Counted from the first letter of the stretch, positions 35,744-47,756 are shown. The stretch: DNA of 64,000 bases from Basidiobolus meristosporus CBS 931.73 (GCA_002104905.1 MCFE01000329.1:1-64000); one strand, 5' to 3'. The notes: generated by a model not told the origin, from the sequence alone. A program made the numbers and translations.

Positions 35744-38700
35744 TGTTGTAAGAGTCTTGGAGATATTGGAAGTGATTTGGAGAACAAGTAGATTATGTGG
35801 TTTTCACTTAATGATTTATTGAATGTAAAAGTAATATTTGTACTTTTACCTGGTCTTGGCATTACAAACACATAGAATAGGTTGAGAAAGGTACCAAGAA
35901 CATGTGTGCAAAGTTTGGGGCTGTTTGGACAACTTTGAGAATTTTCATGTTCTGGGTACCTGGTATTTTAGTGAGAATATTCTGAGTAAATCCCAACAAG
36001 GAATTTTGGTCAGTATTCTCTAGGATTTGAAGGTGATGATCTAAGTGACTAAGTTAGGTGAATATTTAGGTGGAAATATGAACTTTTACAACACTCCCAC
36101 TCTGCTAAATGTTCATACTGACTAGTCCTAATTTTGACCTAAGATATTCAACTTGTCTCTGGCTAATGGTTTGGTAAATATGTCTGCAATCATTTCATCT
36201 GTAGGACAGTAAACTAAGCTGACTAAGTTATTCTCTATAGCTTCACATATGAAATGATGTCTAATAGACTTGTTCAGTTGGATAGTGCCACATTGAGCCA
36301 TGAGTGCCAAGTGATGCCATAGTGTGCCAGAGAGGCCAATTGAGCCTCTACCTGGCCACAGAGTGTGAAACATAGCTCTGCATCTTCATGCAAAGCAGCC
36401 CCTGTGTTTCACCCAATGTGTCAGAGAAAATCCATTTTTTGACCTTTTTTTTTGGATCAATGTTGTGCAGGATGTGTTAGAGCACAAGCAGATTGAAGAT
36501 ATGCATCTGGTACTCAATACCCATGGCACTCTGAGTCTAGCTCCTGTAGCTTGTATCATGTCACAAAAATGAACGGCACTATCTTGGTCCACTGGTACTA
36601 TCTGGCACTATATTTAAATATTAGCCCTAAAGTAAGATCTATACAAAGCACTTATAGTGCCAGATAGTACCAGTGAACCAAGATAGTGCCGTTCATTTTT
36701 GTGACATGATACAAGCTACAGGAGCTAGACTCAGAGTGCCATGGGTATTGAGTACCAGATGCATATCTTCAGTTCTCCTGTGCTCTTACACATCCTGAGC
36801 TACTTTGATCCACAAAAAAAGGTCAAAAAATGGATTTTCTCCTGCGCAATGGGTGAAACACAGGGACTGCTTTACATGAAGATGCAGAGCTATGTTTCAC
36901 ACTTGGTGGCCAAGTATAGGCTCACGTGACCTCTCTGGCACACTATGGCATCATTTGGCACACATGGCTCAATGTGGCACTATCCAACGGAACAAGTCTA
37001 ATATCTAAATCTGTAAAAAGCTTTCTTAACCACATTGCTTCTTTTGTAGCTTCACAGGCTGCCATATACTCTGCCTCTGTGGTGGAAAGTGCTACAGTTG
37101 GTTGCTTTCTTGAATTCCATGAAATTGCTCCTTTACAGTAATGAAAGGTGTATCCTGTGGTGGATCTTCTGTCTTCTAAATTTTGTCCCCAATCAGCATC
37201 AGAGTATCCCACAAGATCCTGTTCTGAATCTTTATAAGTGTATCTTAAGCAGATATCAGCAGTTCCTTTTAGGTATCTAAAAATCCACTTAACTGCTGCA
37301 ATATGATCAGATCCATAGTTCTGATTATGTTGGCTGACAACTCCCACTGAATATGAGATATCTGGACGCATTCAAGCATGATATACATCAGGCTGCTGAC
37401 CATAGAGTGATAAGAAAAGTCAGGGCTTTCAGATGGCACCAAGCTCTCTTGATTTGATTGAGTTTTGACCAAGTTAAGGTTTGTCTCCATTGGGGTAGCT
37501 GCTGGTTTACAGTCTTCCATTTGGTACTTCTTTAGTATATCTTGAATATACTTGGATTGACTTAGGGTGATAGTCTGGGTACTTCTGTCTATGGAGAGCT
37601 TAATCCCTAAGTAGTAACTAAGTTCTCCTAGATCAGACATCTTGAACTCCTTAGATAGGCTGGATTTAGTCTCTTCCAATGTTTCTAGGTTATTAGCAGC
37701 TATAATAAGATCATCCACATATAGAGCTAATAGAGCTGGATTTGCTCTATCTGGCTTATAGTATATACTATAGTCAGCATTTCTTCTTTTGAAGCTCAAA
37801 GATTCCAAATAAGAATCTATCTTGCAATTCCAAGCTCTAGGTGATTGTGTGAGACCATATAGTGACTTTTTAAGCTTGCAGACCAAATGGGGGTTATCTT
37901 GGTCAACAAACCCATCAGGCTGGTCCATATACACGTCCTCATCAAGTTCCCCATTCAAAAATGCAGTTTTTACATGCATTTGATGAATAAAAAACTTATA
38001 TTCAGCTGCAATAGCCAATATTAATCTGATGGAATTAAACTTGGCTACCAGTGCAAAGGTCTCAGTATAGTCAAGTCCTTTTGTTTGAGAGTATCCTTTG
38101 GCTACAAGTCTTGCTTTGTATCTTTCAATTGTGCCATCAGCCTTGTATTTTATCATGAAGACCCATCTGCATCCAATTGGTTTTTGATCAATTGGTAATT
38201 TGACTAAGTCCCAAGTTTGATTTTCCATCAGGGCCTGATATTCCTCAGTCATTGCAGATCTCCAAAACTTTGTCTGAGGGCTATTTAGGGCCTCTTTTAC
38301 AGTCTGGGGTTCATCAATATGGACTGAATAGGCATAGGCTAAGTTTGTACCCTCATTGATATAGTAATTTAGGCTATACCTTGTCCAATTGGATCTCCAG
38401 GCATTTGATACTGGAATGATCACTTCTGGGATATTCCTGGGCCCTGATTCTGGCTGAATCACAGTTGTAGAGTCCTCTGGAGTGAAAAATTACTGTTGTT
38501 TTGCTCTGATTCAATCCTGACAATTGGTGGACTTGAGATCAAATTTTTGTCATCATCTGATGTCATTTTTTGTGAAAATTTTGAATTTTCATCAAACAAC
38601 ACATCCCTGGACTTGATCAGCTTCTTTGCTTTGGTATTGTAGAGTCTGTATGCCTTACTCTCATTGCAGTAGCCCAAAAATATGCATTTTACACTTTTTG

Positions 38701-41047
38701 GCTCAAATTTTGACTGATTTCCAGCCAATTTTTTGGTATATGCTGTACACCCAAATATTCTTAGATGTTCTGCACCTGGTCTGTATCCGTACCATACTTC
38801 AAATGGAGTAGAATCACAAAGTACTCTGCTTTAACTCCTATTTTTAAGGTATACAGCAGTGGCAACTGATTCCGCACAAAAATCATAGGATAATTTTTGA
38901 TCATGGATCATAGATCTTGCCATATCAATTATTGATCTGTTAGCACATTCTGCTACTCTATTTTGCTGTGGGGAGTATGGTACAGTAGTCTCTTGCTTTA
39001 TCCCATGAATTTTGCAGAAGTGGATGAAGAGTTTTGAGGTATATTCTCCACCATTGTCAGATCGTATATTCTTGATTTTTTCACCAGTTTCTCCCTCCAC
39101 CATGGCTTTAAACTCCCTGAACTTAGACAGAGCTTCTTCCTTTCTCTCCGTGAAGTAGACCCATGTGTATCTTGTATAATCATCAATGAAGGTGATTAAA
39201 TACTTCATCCTGCCCAAGGATAAATTTTGCATAGGTCCACACAGATCTGAGTGAATTAGATCTAATTTTTTCTTAGTTTTGATTAACCCAGAGCTCTTGA
39301 ATGGTTGTCTGGCTTGTTTCCCATATATGCAGGCTTCACAATGCTCCAAATTAGCTGGGGGATCAATTTTCACTCCAGAAATTAGCTGATCTTTGATCAT
39401 TTTACGCAAATGATCAAAATTGATGTATCCAAATCTCCTATGCCAAAGCACTGGTGTTTCTTCATTTAAGTTACTTATATTGGCTTCCAGATATGATGGA
39501 ATATAAGTCAACTTGTATAGATTCTGATCTCCAATGCCTGAAGCAATATGAGCACCATTTTGATCAGTGATCCTGCATCCAGAATTGTCAAAACTGAAAC
39601 TGAGTCCTTCTGCTGTGGCCTTGCTTACAGAGAGTAGGTTCTTGGCTATTTCTGGTATATAGAGTACTTCTTTAAAGGTCAGTATATGGCTTCCTTCACT
39701 GCTTCTAAGGTTTACTTGTATAGTTCCTTCTCCCACTGCATCAAGTGTTCTATTGTCACCCATGAAAACCTTCTTAATTGGAATTTCTTGATATTGGGTA
39801 AAAAGTTCTTTTTGGTGTGTAAAGTGTTGAGATGCTCCAGAGTCAATATACCATGTCTAAGAATCCTGGTTTGTGGTCATATTTAGTGCAGATATGAATA
39901 GTCTACCTTCAGTTGTTGCAGCATTTCCATATTCATGCTACTTTTGCTGATTATCTTTCTTTTTGAGACACCGGTCTGATGTGTGTCCTTTCCTTTTGCA
40001 GTAGTTGCAAAATAGGTTGCTGTTGCCTTTGTAGTGTCTTGGGTACCTCCTTTGTTGGTTATCATTGCTTATTAAAGCATTTTCTTCTTCCTTCTTATTG
40101 GCACTTGATTTTCTTAATTCTTCATCCAGGAGCCTTCCATATATGTAATATAAGGTCAAGTCTTCAGTTCTGGACTCTAGGGCTGATACAAGGCCCTGAA
40201 ACTTGTCTGTCAAGCTATTCAGGATGGTAACTATCCCATCCTCATCAGTAGTTGGTATGCCCACAGATTCCATCTCATCTACCAGCAGGGTAATTCTGTC
40301 AATTAGATTTTTCATTTCTTCTCCTGGCAGCATCTTTGTAGTAAAGAATTTTTGTCTCAGATACATGTTCTTAGCAGCTGAACATGACTGGTAGGTGTCT
40401 TCTAATGCCTTCCAGGGATTCTTTGCTGTTTTTGCTCTTGAGCATTGAATTAGCAATTTGTCTTTAACATTAAGGCAAATGCAGTTAAAGGCACTTTGTT
40501 CTTTCTTCTGGTACTTCAAGGCTTCCTCTCCCATGTTTTTAGGAGGGCATTCTTCTCCCATAACAATATCCCAAAGGCCTCTTTCTTGTAGCAGCATCTT
40601 CATCTTCACCTTCCACACTTGGTAGTTAGAGCCATCCAACTTTTCAGCAGAGGGAAAAATTCCAGTAATAGCAGTAGTAGACATTGCAGAGAGTGACAGC
40701 TTGGGGCTCATAGCCTGTTGTAAGAGTCTTGGAGATATTGGAAGTGATTTGGAGAACAAGTAGATTATGTGGTTTTCACTTAATGATTTATTGAATGTAA
40801 AAGTAGTATTTATACTTTTACCTGGTCTTGGCATTACAAACACGTAGAATAGGTTAAGGAAGATCCCAAGAACATGTGTGCAAAGTTTGGGGCTGTTTGG
40901 ACAACGTATCTAATTTTCATATTCAGGGTAAATATTCTAAGTAAATCCCAACAAGGAATTTGGTCAGCATTCTCTAGGATTTGAAGGTAAAGATCTAAGT
41001 GACTAAGTTAGGTGAATGTTTAGGTGGAATTCCAAATTTTTACAACA
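35744..41047 (-). mobile_element. Near-complete Ty1/copia element, family C (inactivated, possibly chimeric)
   Basis: LTRs 35744-36093 and 40716-41047. PBS GGCTATGAGCCCCAAG at 40700-40715. PPT complement ctcccactctg. Gag 39938-40686, IN 38831-39763, RT 37269-38462, RH 36128-37371. Flanks ATATT/ATCCT do not match. Confidence 0.9.
36266..36999. mobile_element. 734-bp foldback DNA element, copy 2 (spacer in opposite orientation)
   Basis: Arms 36266-36612 and 36653-36999. Same termini and length as copy 1. TSD AAT/AAT. Splits the RNase H KH(T/I)DIRHHF motif. Confidence 0.9.
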
Positions 41048-41725
41048 ATCCTTTCCAGGGGGACTAGGCCAACTAGCATTCATGTGCAGTTTGGTAATCA
41101 GCTTCTGATTACTTCCACCAAAAATTGCAACTGAAAATTTGAAGCAGAAACACCTGCTGAATACCACCAGAATGCCAGCTAAGTACCAGCTAAAAACCCA
41201 ATGAATTCCAACTTTGGGATATTTTGTAGGGTAATGTGGATGGCTCCTGAGATTTCACTCAAGATATTGATCTTTAATTCAAATTAATTAGTGAAAGTCA
41301 CACAGGAAGTAGTGCAAAGAATGTTGATTTTTACATGCATATGAGGAGTATTTGTACAAATTCAAACATAAATTTTGCTTATATGGTTTGGGTTGACATT
41401 CATGCATAACTTATTTTAATGCCCCCAAGTGCATACAATATCCTGGCCCTCTGCAAAATGGATATTGTATAATGACAATAGTACACACACAAATTGAATG
41501 GAATACATAGATTCATGGTGTAAAGTCAGCATTAATGCCCAAATGAGCCGTAATTTGAACATTGGAGAAATTTATAGTCAGGTGGCATATGATATTCACT
41601 TTATATAAATGAAGGCAAGTGAACAGGAGCAGCCATGGAAGTATAGCACAAAGCAATATATTACAGTTATCAAACACAGATTCATAAGCACAACACGTCA
41701 AATAACCCAGTCAAAAGCCACGTAA

Positions 41726-42454
41726 CTACTGCGTCTCGAACATATGCTTGCCACGCTGTTGGAAGTCGGTCATGCCCTTGCCACTGCCGACCACGCCGAC
41801 CTTTCCTTCTGGCTCGGAAGGGGTGGCGAAGATGGATTTCTTGTTGATCGCACTGGACTTCTTCCCCTTTTTGTTGTTGGCGAACTTGAGCCACGCCTGT
41901 TGTTTTACCGCGGTCTCCGAGGTCTTGCTTGGGGTTTTCTTCTTTTTCTTGCTGCTTGGGTCTTCTGGGAACACCTCCATACCTTGGTCGCGTTTTTTCT
42001 GGGATTTGTTGTTGAGCGGCTTGATGTCGTTCCCGGACACCACCTCGGTGTTACCATATCCTTTGAAGGTGACCGAGTAACTACCATCCCCGCCGATGGC
42101 GACAATGACTGCCTCGTAATACTGCTTGTCCGCGCTCCATTTGGCTTGACAAGTGTCACCTATCGTCCATTGATGATCGGAAAGTGGGATGGAGAAGGCA
42201 GAGACCTTTTGAGGCTTGGGAGTTGGATTGGTTGCCGGCTTCTCCGAAGATCCGGGTTTCTTCGCGGCTTTTGTCTGTGAGGCTGGGGCTTGGGATGCCT
42301 GGGCTTGCTGCTGAAGAAAGCTCTCAGTCAACGTGATCAGATCGCCCAGATCTTGTTTCAGCTTGTTCAGCTCGGCATTCTCTGGGTCAGCTTGGAGTGC
42401 CGTGTTGACTTGATCTAGCTGGTATTGATATGAGGCGAGTTCTTCGGCGTTCAT
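41726..42454 (-). CDS. SPF30: Splicing factor SPF30/SMNDC1 (Tudor domain)
   Basis: N-terminal L..Y..QL.QV..AL..DP.N.EL..L..DL..LI.LT; Tudor GDTCQAKWSADKQYYEAVI..VTFKGYGNTEVV; C-terminal SIFATP..PEGKVGVVGSGKGMTDF. Confidence 0.93.
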   Translation of the reverse strand: MNAEELASYQYQLDQVNTALQADPENAELNKLKQDLGDLITLTESFLQQQAQASQAPASQTKAAKKPGSSEKPATNPTPKPQKVSAFSIPLSDHQWTIGDTCQAKWSADKQYYEAVIVAIGGDGSYSVTFKGYGNTEVVSGNDIKPLNNKSQKKRDQGMEVFPEDPSSKKKKKTPSKTSETAVKQQAWLKFANNKKGKKSSAINKKSIFATPSEPEGKVGVVGSGKGMTDFQQRGKHMFETQ

Positions 42455-42819
42455 TGTTCACGAATATTGCAGAGTAGCCTAGGTCAAGGGGAGGGGAAGG
42501 GGAAGGGGCACAAACTACCCTGCGTATCCAAGCATCACCCATGTGAATTTTTTCACCGCAGCTATGGCCAATAGGGTTAGGGCGCGATCATTAAGGAAGG
42601 TGGTTTATTAGGGTTAAGTAGGTTGGTTAAGCAAGAGGTGTGCAAATGTGTACAAATTGATCGAGAGTCCACTGATTAGGACATATAGGGAGACTATAAT
42701 GGAAGGTGGAAGATGCTCTATACATACTGGGCGCCATGGTTCTACACCCCACTTGTTGCAACCAAGATCGGCAAGCAAGCGGGCGCACAGGGTAATTGTG
42801 ATGGCGAGATGGTTGCTGA

Positions 42820-44421
42820 CTATCGCAATCGTCGCGAATCGTAGACGTCGTCTGGCAAATGTGCTGGGTCGATGAACGTATAATTGGTGTCACTCACTCG
42901 TCGTGCAACCACGTAGGAAAACGCTATTGCAACGTATGCCAGAGCCCAGTTGATACCCACAATAATCACTGGGACGACCGACACGAAATCTAGGTACCAA
43001 GACACCGCGGTGCCTGCTGATTGGACTGCCTTGTAGATTCCAACATATCGAGATAGGATCATGGCGTTGTTAGTTTGGGATCCTATTATCCAGTAGCACC
43101 AGGTCTGAAGCATGGCATCTGAAAACCCTGACAGAAGAAACAGCACCAGTATCTGCGTGTATCGATCATCAAGAATGTCCACCAGATCCTCCCCCGTTAC
43201 ATGGGTGTTGCTGATCTCCACAAGCAAACAGCCGAGCCATGTGGCGGTGTAGAAGAGTACGATGAACATCAGGCCCAGTGTGGCGCGCTTCGAGCGGGCA
43301 AACAGCGGGTTATCTAGGAATTGGCCAAATGTAAAGGCGCCGAGCATCTGGGACGCCCAATAGAATATGTTGTTGAACGTTCGAGTTCTGGGCGTAAAGA
43401 AGGTGCCATTGAGATCACCAAAACGATAGCTGTAGAACCAGTTGGAGTAAAAAAAGATAGGCCACAGCAGTAGGAGGCGACGGTTGGTGACGGCGCGAAT
43501 TAGCTGCCGGACTTCATGAGAAAGGTTAAACCCGGTTTTCGAGGTTACTCTTGTGCCGTCCTCCCGAATCACTCTTGCCGGTGAAATGAGGAAGCAGGTT
43601 ATGAAGACGCCGAACGCCATGAGGCTGAGAAAGCTTATGGTGACTATTTGGAAGTCGAAGTCGAGCAGTGGAAGAAACCCACCGATAAAGGCTCCCATGT
43701 TGAATAAAATCCAGAAAATCCCGAAGAAACGGCCTTTTTGGTTCTCCATAGGATAGGAGGTGATTATCATACCTGCTGCTGACCACAGCAGTGACGAACC
43801 AAACCCAACTAGCACAGCACCGAAAATTGTCAGGGCGGTGTTTGCAATTCTTGTGTAAGTCCAAAGCAACAAGACGTACAGAATGTAGGTTAGCCCGGCA
43901 ACTATTATGGATACCCTCGGGCCAAGCAAGTTGTTGACAGAGCCGGCCACTATTCCGGATACCGAGCAGCTGGCGTAAAGTGCAATATTAAGCTGCCTCG
44001 ATATCTCGGAGCCAAGCGTACCTATGTCGCCTATACCGTAGTACACGTTATAAATACCCACCGTGAAGCAACAGACGAGGCCCAGGATGACTAGCTGGCT
44101 CAAAGGACTTTCCCATCGCATATTTCGATGAATGAACTGGGCACCTTTAAAGTTAAAGTAAATTAGAAGAATTGAAGTTTCGAGATTTGACATCTGAGGC
44201 TTATATAGCCGCCTCTCTGGCGACCAATTGGCTCCAAAGGAAAATAAATGATGATGGCGATCGAGATCCTGTTTAGCGTATCGTTGAGGATGGCTCATTC
44301 TGCATCTTGAATACCCCGGGTGATCTCCTACTTGTTTGGGGAATTCCTTTCCTGCCGTTCCGACCGCATCGACTAACTCATGCCACACAATCGGCGAATC
44401 AATTAATCGCTCGCATGACAT
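42820..44421 (-). CDS. UNC-93-like MFS membrane protein (true start uncertain; ATG at 44121 plausible)
   Basis: SPLSQLVILGLVCCF, NLLGPR, LLWSAAG.I..SYP.E..KGRFFGIFW..FNMG, FFYSNWFYSY.F..N...F..RTR.FNN.FYW; multiple hydrophobic helices. Confidence 0.85.
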   Translation of the reverse strand: MSCERLIDSPIVWHELVDAVGTAGKEFPKQVGDHPGYSRCRMSHPQRYAKQDLDRHHHLFSFGANWSPERRLYKPQMSNLETSILLIYFNFKGAQFIHRNMRWESPLSQLVILGLVCCFTVGIYNVYYGIGDIGTLGSEISRQLNIALYASCSVSGIVAGSVNNLLGPRVSIIVAGLTYILYVLLLWTYTRIANTALTIFGAVLVGFGSSLLWSAAGMIITSYPMENQKGRFFGIFWILFNMGAFIGGFLPLLDFDFQIVTISFLSLMAFGVFITCFLISPARVIREDGTRVTSKTGFNLSHEVRQLIRAVTNRRLLLLWPIFFYSNWFYSYRFGDLNGTFFTPRTRTFNNIFYWASQMLGAFTFGQFLDNPLFARSKRATLGLMFIVLFYTATWLGCLLVEISNTHVTGEDLVDILDDRYTQILVLFLLSGFSDAMLQTWCYWIIGSQTNNAMILSRYVGIYKAVQSAGTAVSWYLDFVSVVPVIIVGINWALAYVAIAFSYVVARRVSDTNYTFIDPAHLPDDVYDSRRLR

Positions 44422-44505
44422 AATCGTCCACTGTACATGAATACAGACTGTGTGGAAGCCCTTTTTGTGTTTTAACCCACCTTACTTCTAAGCTCCAGTC
44501 TAACC

Positions 44506-45137
44506 ATGGCTAAATCCACTTTTCGAGCAACGACCTGGGATCCTATACTGATCATCAGCCAGATTGTTACCCTGCAATCCCTCTGTTACTTGTCTGCCTC
44601 CCTCATCATTCTAATCGTTGATGGCCTTACCGGCGCTGATATTACCTTGGATAATTTGCTGAATTTTAGAGAATACAGAGGGGACACTATCTTCGGATGG
44701 ACTCTTACTGCCGGATGGCTAGCTAATTCAGTGTTTGGGTAAACCCGGTCCAATCGTATTTCTACTCCGCCCTATTCTAATCTCTATACAGGGTTTTTCT
44801 GTTGCTTCACATCGTCGAGCGTGCCAAGTTATGCTTGGACTTCACCATCACGTTTCACTTCTTCCACTTCCTCTTTACGTCCATGTACTCGCAACAAATC
44901 CCCTCCTACTTCATGTGGTGGGCATTGAATGTCGTGTCTTGCTGCCTCATGAGTATTGGTGGTGAGTGGATGTGTATGCGGAAAGAGATGGCACCTATCC
45001 AGTTGGGCGGGGGTTCTTCTAGCGAGGCTAGTAGCAGTCGTACAAAAGACGACAGAAAGCGACGCAAGACCTCTTCTCCTACTTACGAAATGGTGCCTTT
45101 AGAAGAGGTTGCAGAAGACAGGCGTTCTGGAAATTAG
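44506..45137 (+). CDS. SYS1: Golgi membrane protein SYS1 (exons 44506-44738 and 44792-45137)
   Basis: WDPILIISQIVTLQ and IVERAKLCLDF..T..F.H motifs. A 53-bp GT-AG intron joins them in frame (192 aa). Confidence 0.92.
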
Positions 45138-45623
45138 GCACCCAGTCCAACCCTCAACAGTGTACATACAGTGCCATTTACATTATAATTCACTTTCGTA
45201 TAAGACTGCTCCTTCCTGACCTTTAAACCTGACAGTATTTACTTCACTATCTTGCTAGTCCCCTACACCTTCTAGTACCTGAGCATGTATACCATTTGAT
45301 GTATACATGATATAAAGAGACAGATACAGATACAGACATAGACAACACTAATTTGAATGCATTAATCTGTGGCAAACGCATAGCTTTGCTAATTCCGTGG
45401 ATAGTATCAGCACTAAAATACGAAATGCACACGAGATGGCGATCACTGGTTATTGGACAAGGTTGAGGCGGTTTCATTTCGCATACAAACTTGGGCTGTC
45501 TATTGAATAGGTGTGTTTAATAAACTGGTTTTCTTCGTTCGACATTCCTATCGACAGAAAGAGAATGGATACATGCAATGAAAAGTGGAGGAAATGTATA
45601 CGCATAGGTGTGGTATGAAAAGC

Positions 45624-46106
45624 TTATTTTCCAAGACGCTTTCTCAAAGCACGAGTATTCTTTCGAAGCTTCTTATATTTGTGCTTGTTCATCTTGAGCT
45701 TTCTCTTTCTCAAGATACTAGTCATCAGCAGAGTTTCCTTGGGGGCTTCTGGCGTCTGATACTTTTGCTTAATGGCCTCTAGAAAGTCGATTGCTTTCTT
45801 CTGTTGACTTTCCGCTTGTAAAACATTGTTTCTCGCAGGGGTGGTCATCAAAGGCGAGACGTTCAGCGAGCTCCACCCTAAGAAATAAGAAAGATTTCGT
45901 TAGACTCGTGAGACGCAGCGGAAACTAGTACTCGAAACTTGTGGGTGCGCATGTTCGGATAGCATACCTTCTACAGATCCTTGGAAACGGGAAATAACAC
46001 TTGTAGGTTTGAAGGAGGGTACGGCGGAGGGGGTTGAGTAAAAGGCCCTTAAGGCGCCCTTAGGAGCCTGGGTGACACATGATAGTACACGGTTTAAGAG
46101 GCTCAT
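45624..46106 (-). CDS. COX24: Mitochondrial ribosomal protein mS38/COX24-like (exons 45932-46106 and 45624-45877)
   Basis: C-terminus SILRKRKLKMNKHKYKKLRKNTRALRKRLGK. Presequence-like N-terminus. 54-bp intron with ctaac branch point gives 142 aa. Confidence 0.85.
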
Positions 46107-46331
46107 GCTTAAAGTCTATGTAGACGGGTGAGAACTATCGCAAAGTGCAAGTCTACGAGCCTCTTGAATATACAAAAATTTTCCCTCTCCACACTTGACA
46201 AAAGAGTAACTTCATCATATCACGTGAGGATGGGGATCAGGAAGCAAGAATCGATATTTATTCATAGTAATTATAAAGCTAAAATGGATTTTACCAACAC
46301 TAAGATAGATCATCACTGGCTTATTAGGTCG

Positions 46332-46880
46332 TCAATGCGCCTGGTTGGCAGCGTTTTGAGCCTGATTTCCAACCTGGCGAGCAGTATCTGCAGCCGTCTC
46401 CGAGGCGGCCTCGGCCTTTGGGTAAACCCATTGATAAAATCTACGAAGTATGTCGATGCCAAACTTAAAGCTTTGATAGGTGCCCAACCCAAGTAGTGCT
46501 ATGAACGCTGCAGTCAACAACACGGGGAGCAATACTAAGCTTCCAACTCCGAGAAAGGCTCCGATGGTGGTGATGGAGCCTGCAGTGGCCACGCCTACCG
46601 TTCCCAAGATCACAACACCCGCATAGCCAACAAATAGAATGATGGGGATTGCCGATAGAATAAGCAGGCCGTAGCCGTATTTCCTTATCAAAGGGGACCT
46701 CTCTGCATAATCCACGTATGAACCAACCATCTCTTGGGTCTTGTCTTTCATGTTGTCGTAGCTCTCCTTGGTGTGATGAAGGATCCGGTGAGCTTTTTCC
46801 TGGACATCTTTGCCGGTCTCCTTGGGGTTAATCTGGGACATTTGGAGGATGGTAGAGAAATGATATTTGGTGCCTTCCAC
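46332..46880 (-). CDS. Promethin/LDAF1-like lipid-droplet membrane protein
   Basis: Long uninterrupted hydrophobic hairpin (LLILSAIPIILFVGY...GSLVLLPVLLTAAFIALLGLG) with hydrophilic termini. Confidence 0.65.
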   Translation of the reverse strand: MEGTKYHFSTILQMSQINPKETGKDVQEKAHRILHHTKESYDNMKDKTQEMVGSYVDYAERSPLIRKYGYGLLILSAIPIILFVGYAGVVILGTVGVATAGSITTIGAFLGVGSLVLLPVLLTAAFIALLGLGTYQSFKFGIDILRRFYQWVYPKAEAASETAADTARQVGNQAQNAANQAH

Positions 46881-47756
46881 CGACAGTATTTAAGCCAATC
46901 TTCAGACCTACTTCATCACTGCACTCACCGAGACTTTGAATGAATCATTAATTTGTGCTGATGGTGTACATTGATCGTTTTGATGATAGATGGATTTTTA
47001 TAGGTGTTTCCATTTACCTTGCTGAACCCATCTCCACGTCCTTGATGGCATGATGGCTCCAAGATAAGGTCTTGAAGCCTATTCTACAGATTGACGCATT
47101 TGCTGACTGGGAATAACCATGTATTCGTTACAGGTCTTATTCACTGGCTGGCACTACGGTCCTCATTCGCTGGCTGGGAACAATCATGTATTCGTTACAG
47201 ATCATTGCAGGCCATTCCACTGATTGACATATTCCTTACTCCACTAAGAACAGCTTGTTGTTGGTAGGATTGCTTTCATCTCATCCAGCCACCGGTACAG
47301 ATCCGATCAATCATATGACTGAATGTATGCGTTGGTCATGTAGTGTTTTGGCAGTAGAAACTTGGATCCAGGGCACCCTAGCCTCCCTACTATTCCCTGC
47401 AGTATCTTACGAAGTAGCAACATAAACGTTATTCTATTCGAAATCCGAGCGAGCCCCAGTTTGCCTGATGGATGGGCTTAGTGTTGAGGCAGTCGGTCTA
47501 GTCCACTCCCAGATATATGATTTATTTCCTTTTTAGATGCTATTTGCTATATATGCTGTTGGTTGAGCATACATCTCAATTTAGCCTGACCTCCCCTTAT
47601 TCTGTCTTTAACTTGGAGCCGTGGCAAGACTAGAAACATCCTTTTTAAGTGGCTCTGTTTCGTCTTTTACTCACTGCTATCACTCATATATACCGAACGA
47701 CATATTACTCCTCTTGGCTCTAAAGGTCCCTACTTTAAGCCTTCACTTCGGTTGGC

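Noticed and set aside
1-41500. Classical RIP (CpA to TpA) as the cause of decay
   Set aside because: CpA and TpG are abundant while CpG is the missing dinucleotide. A formal index was not computed.
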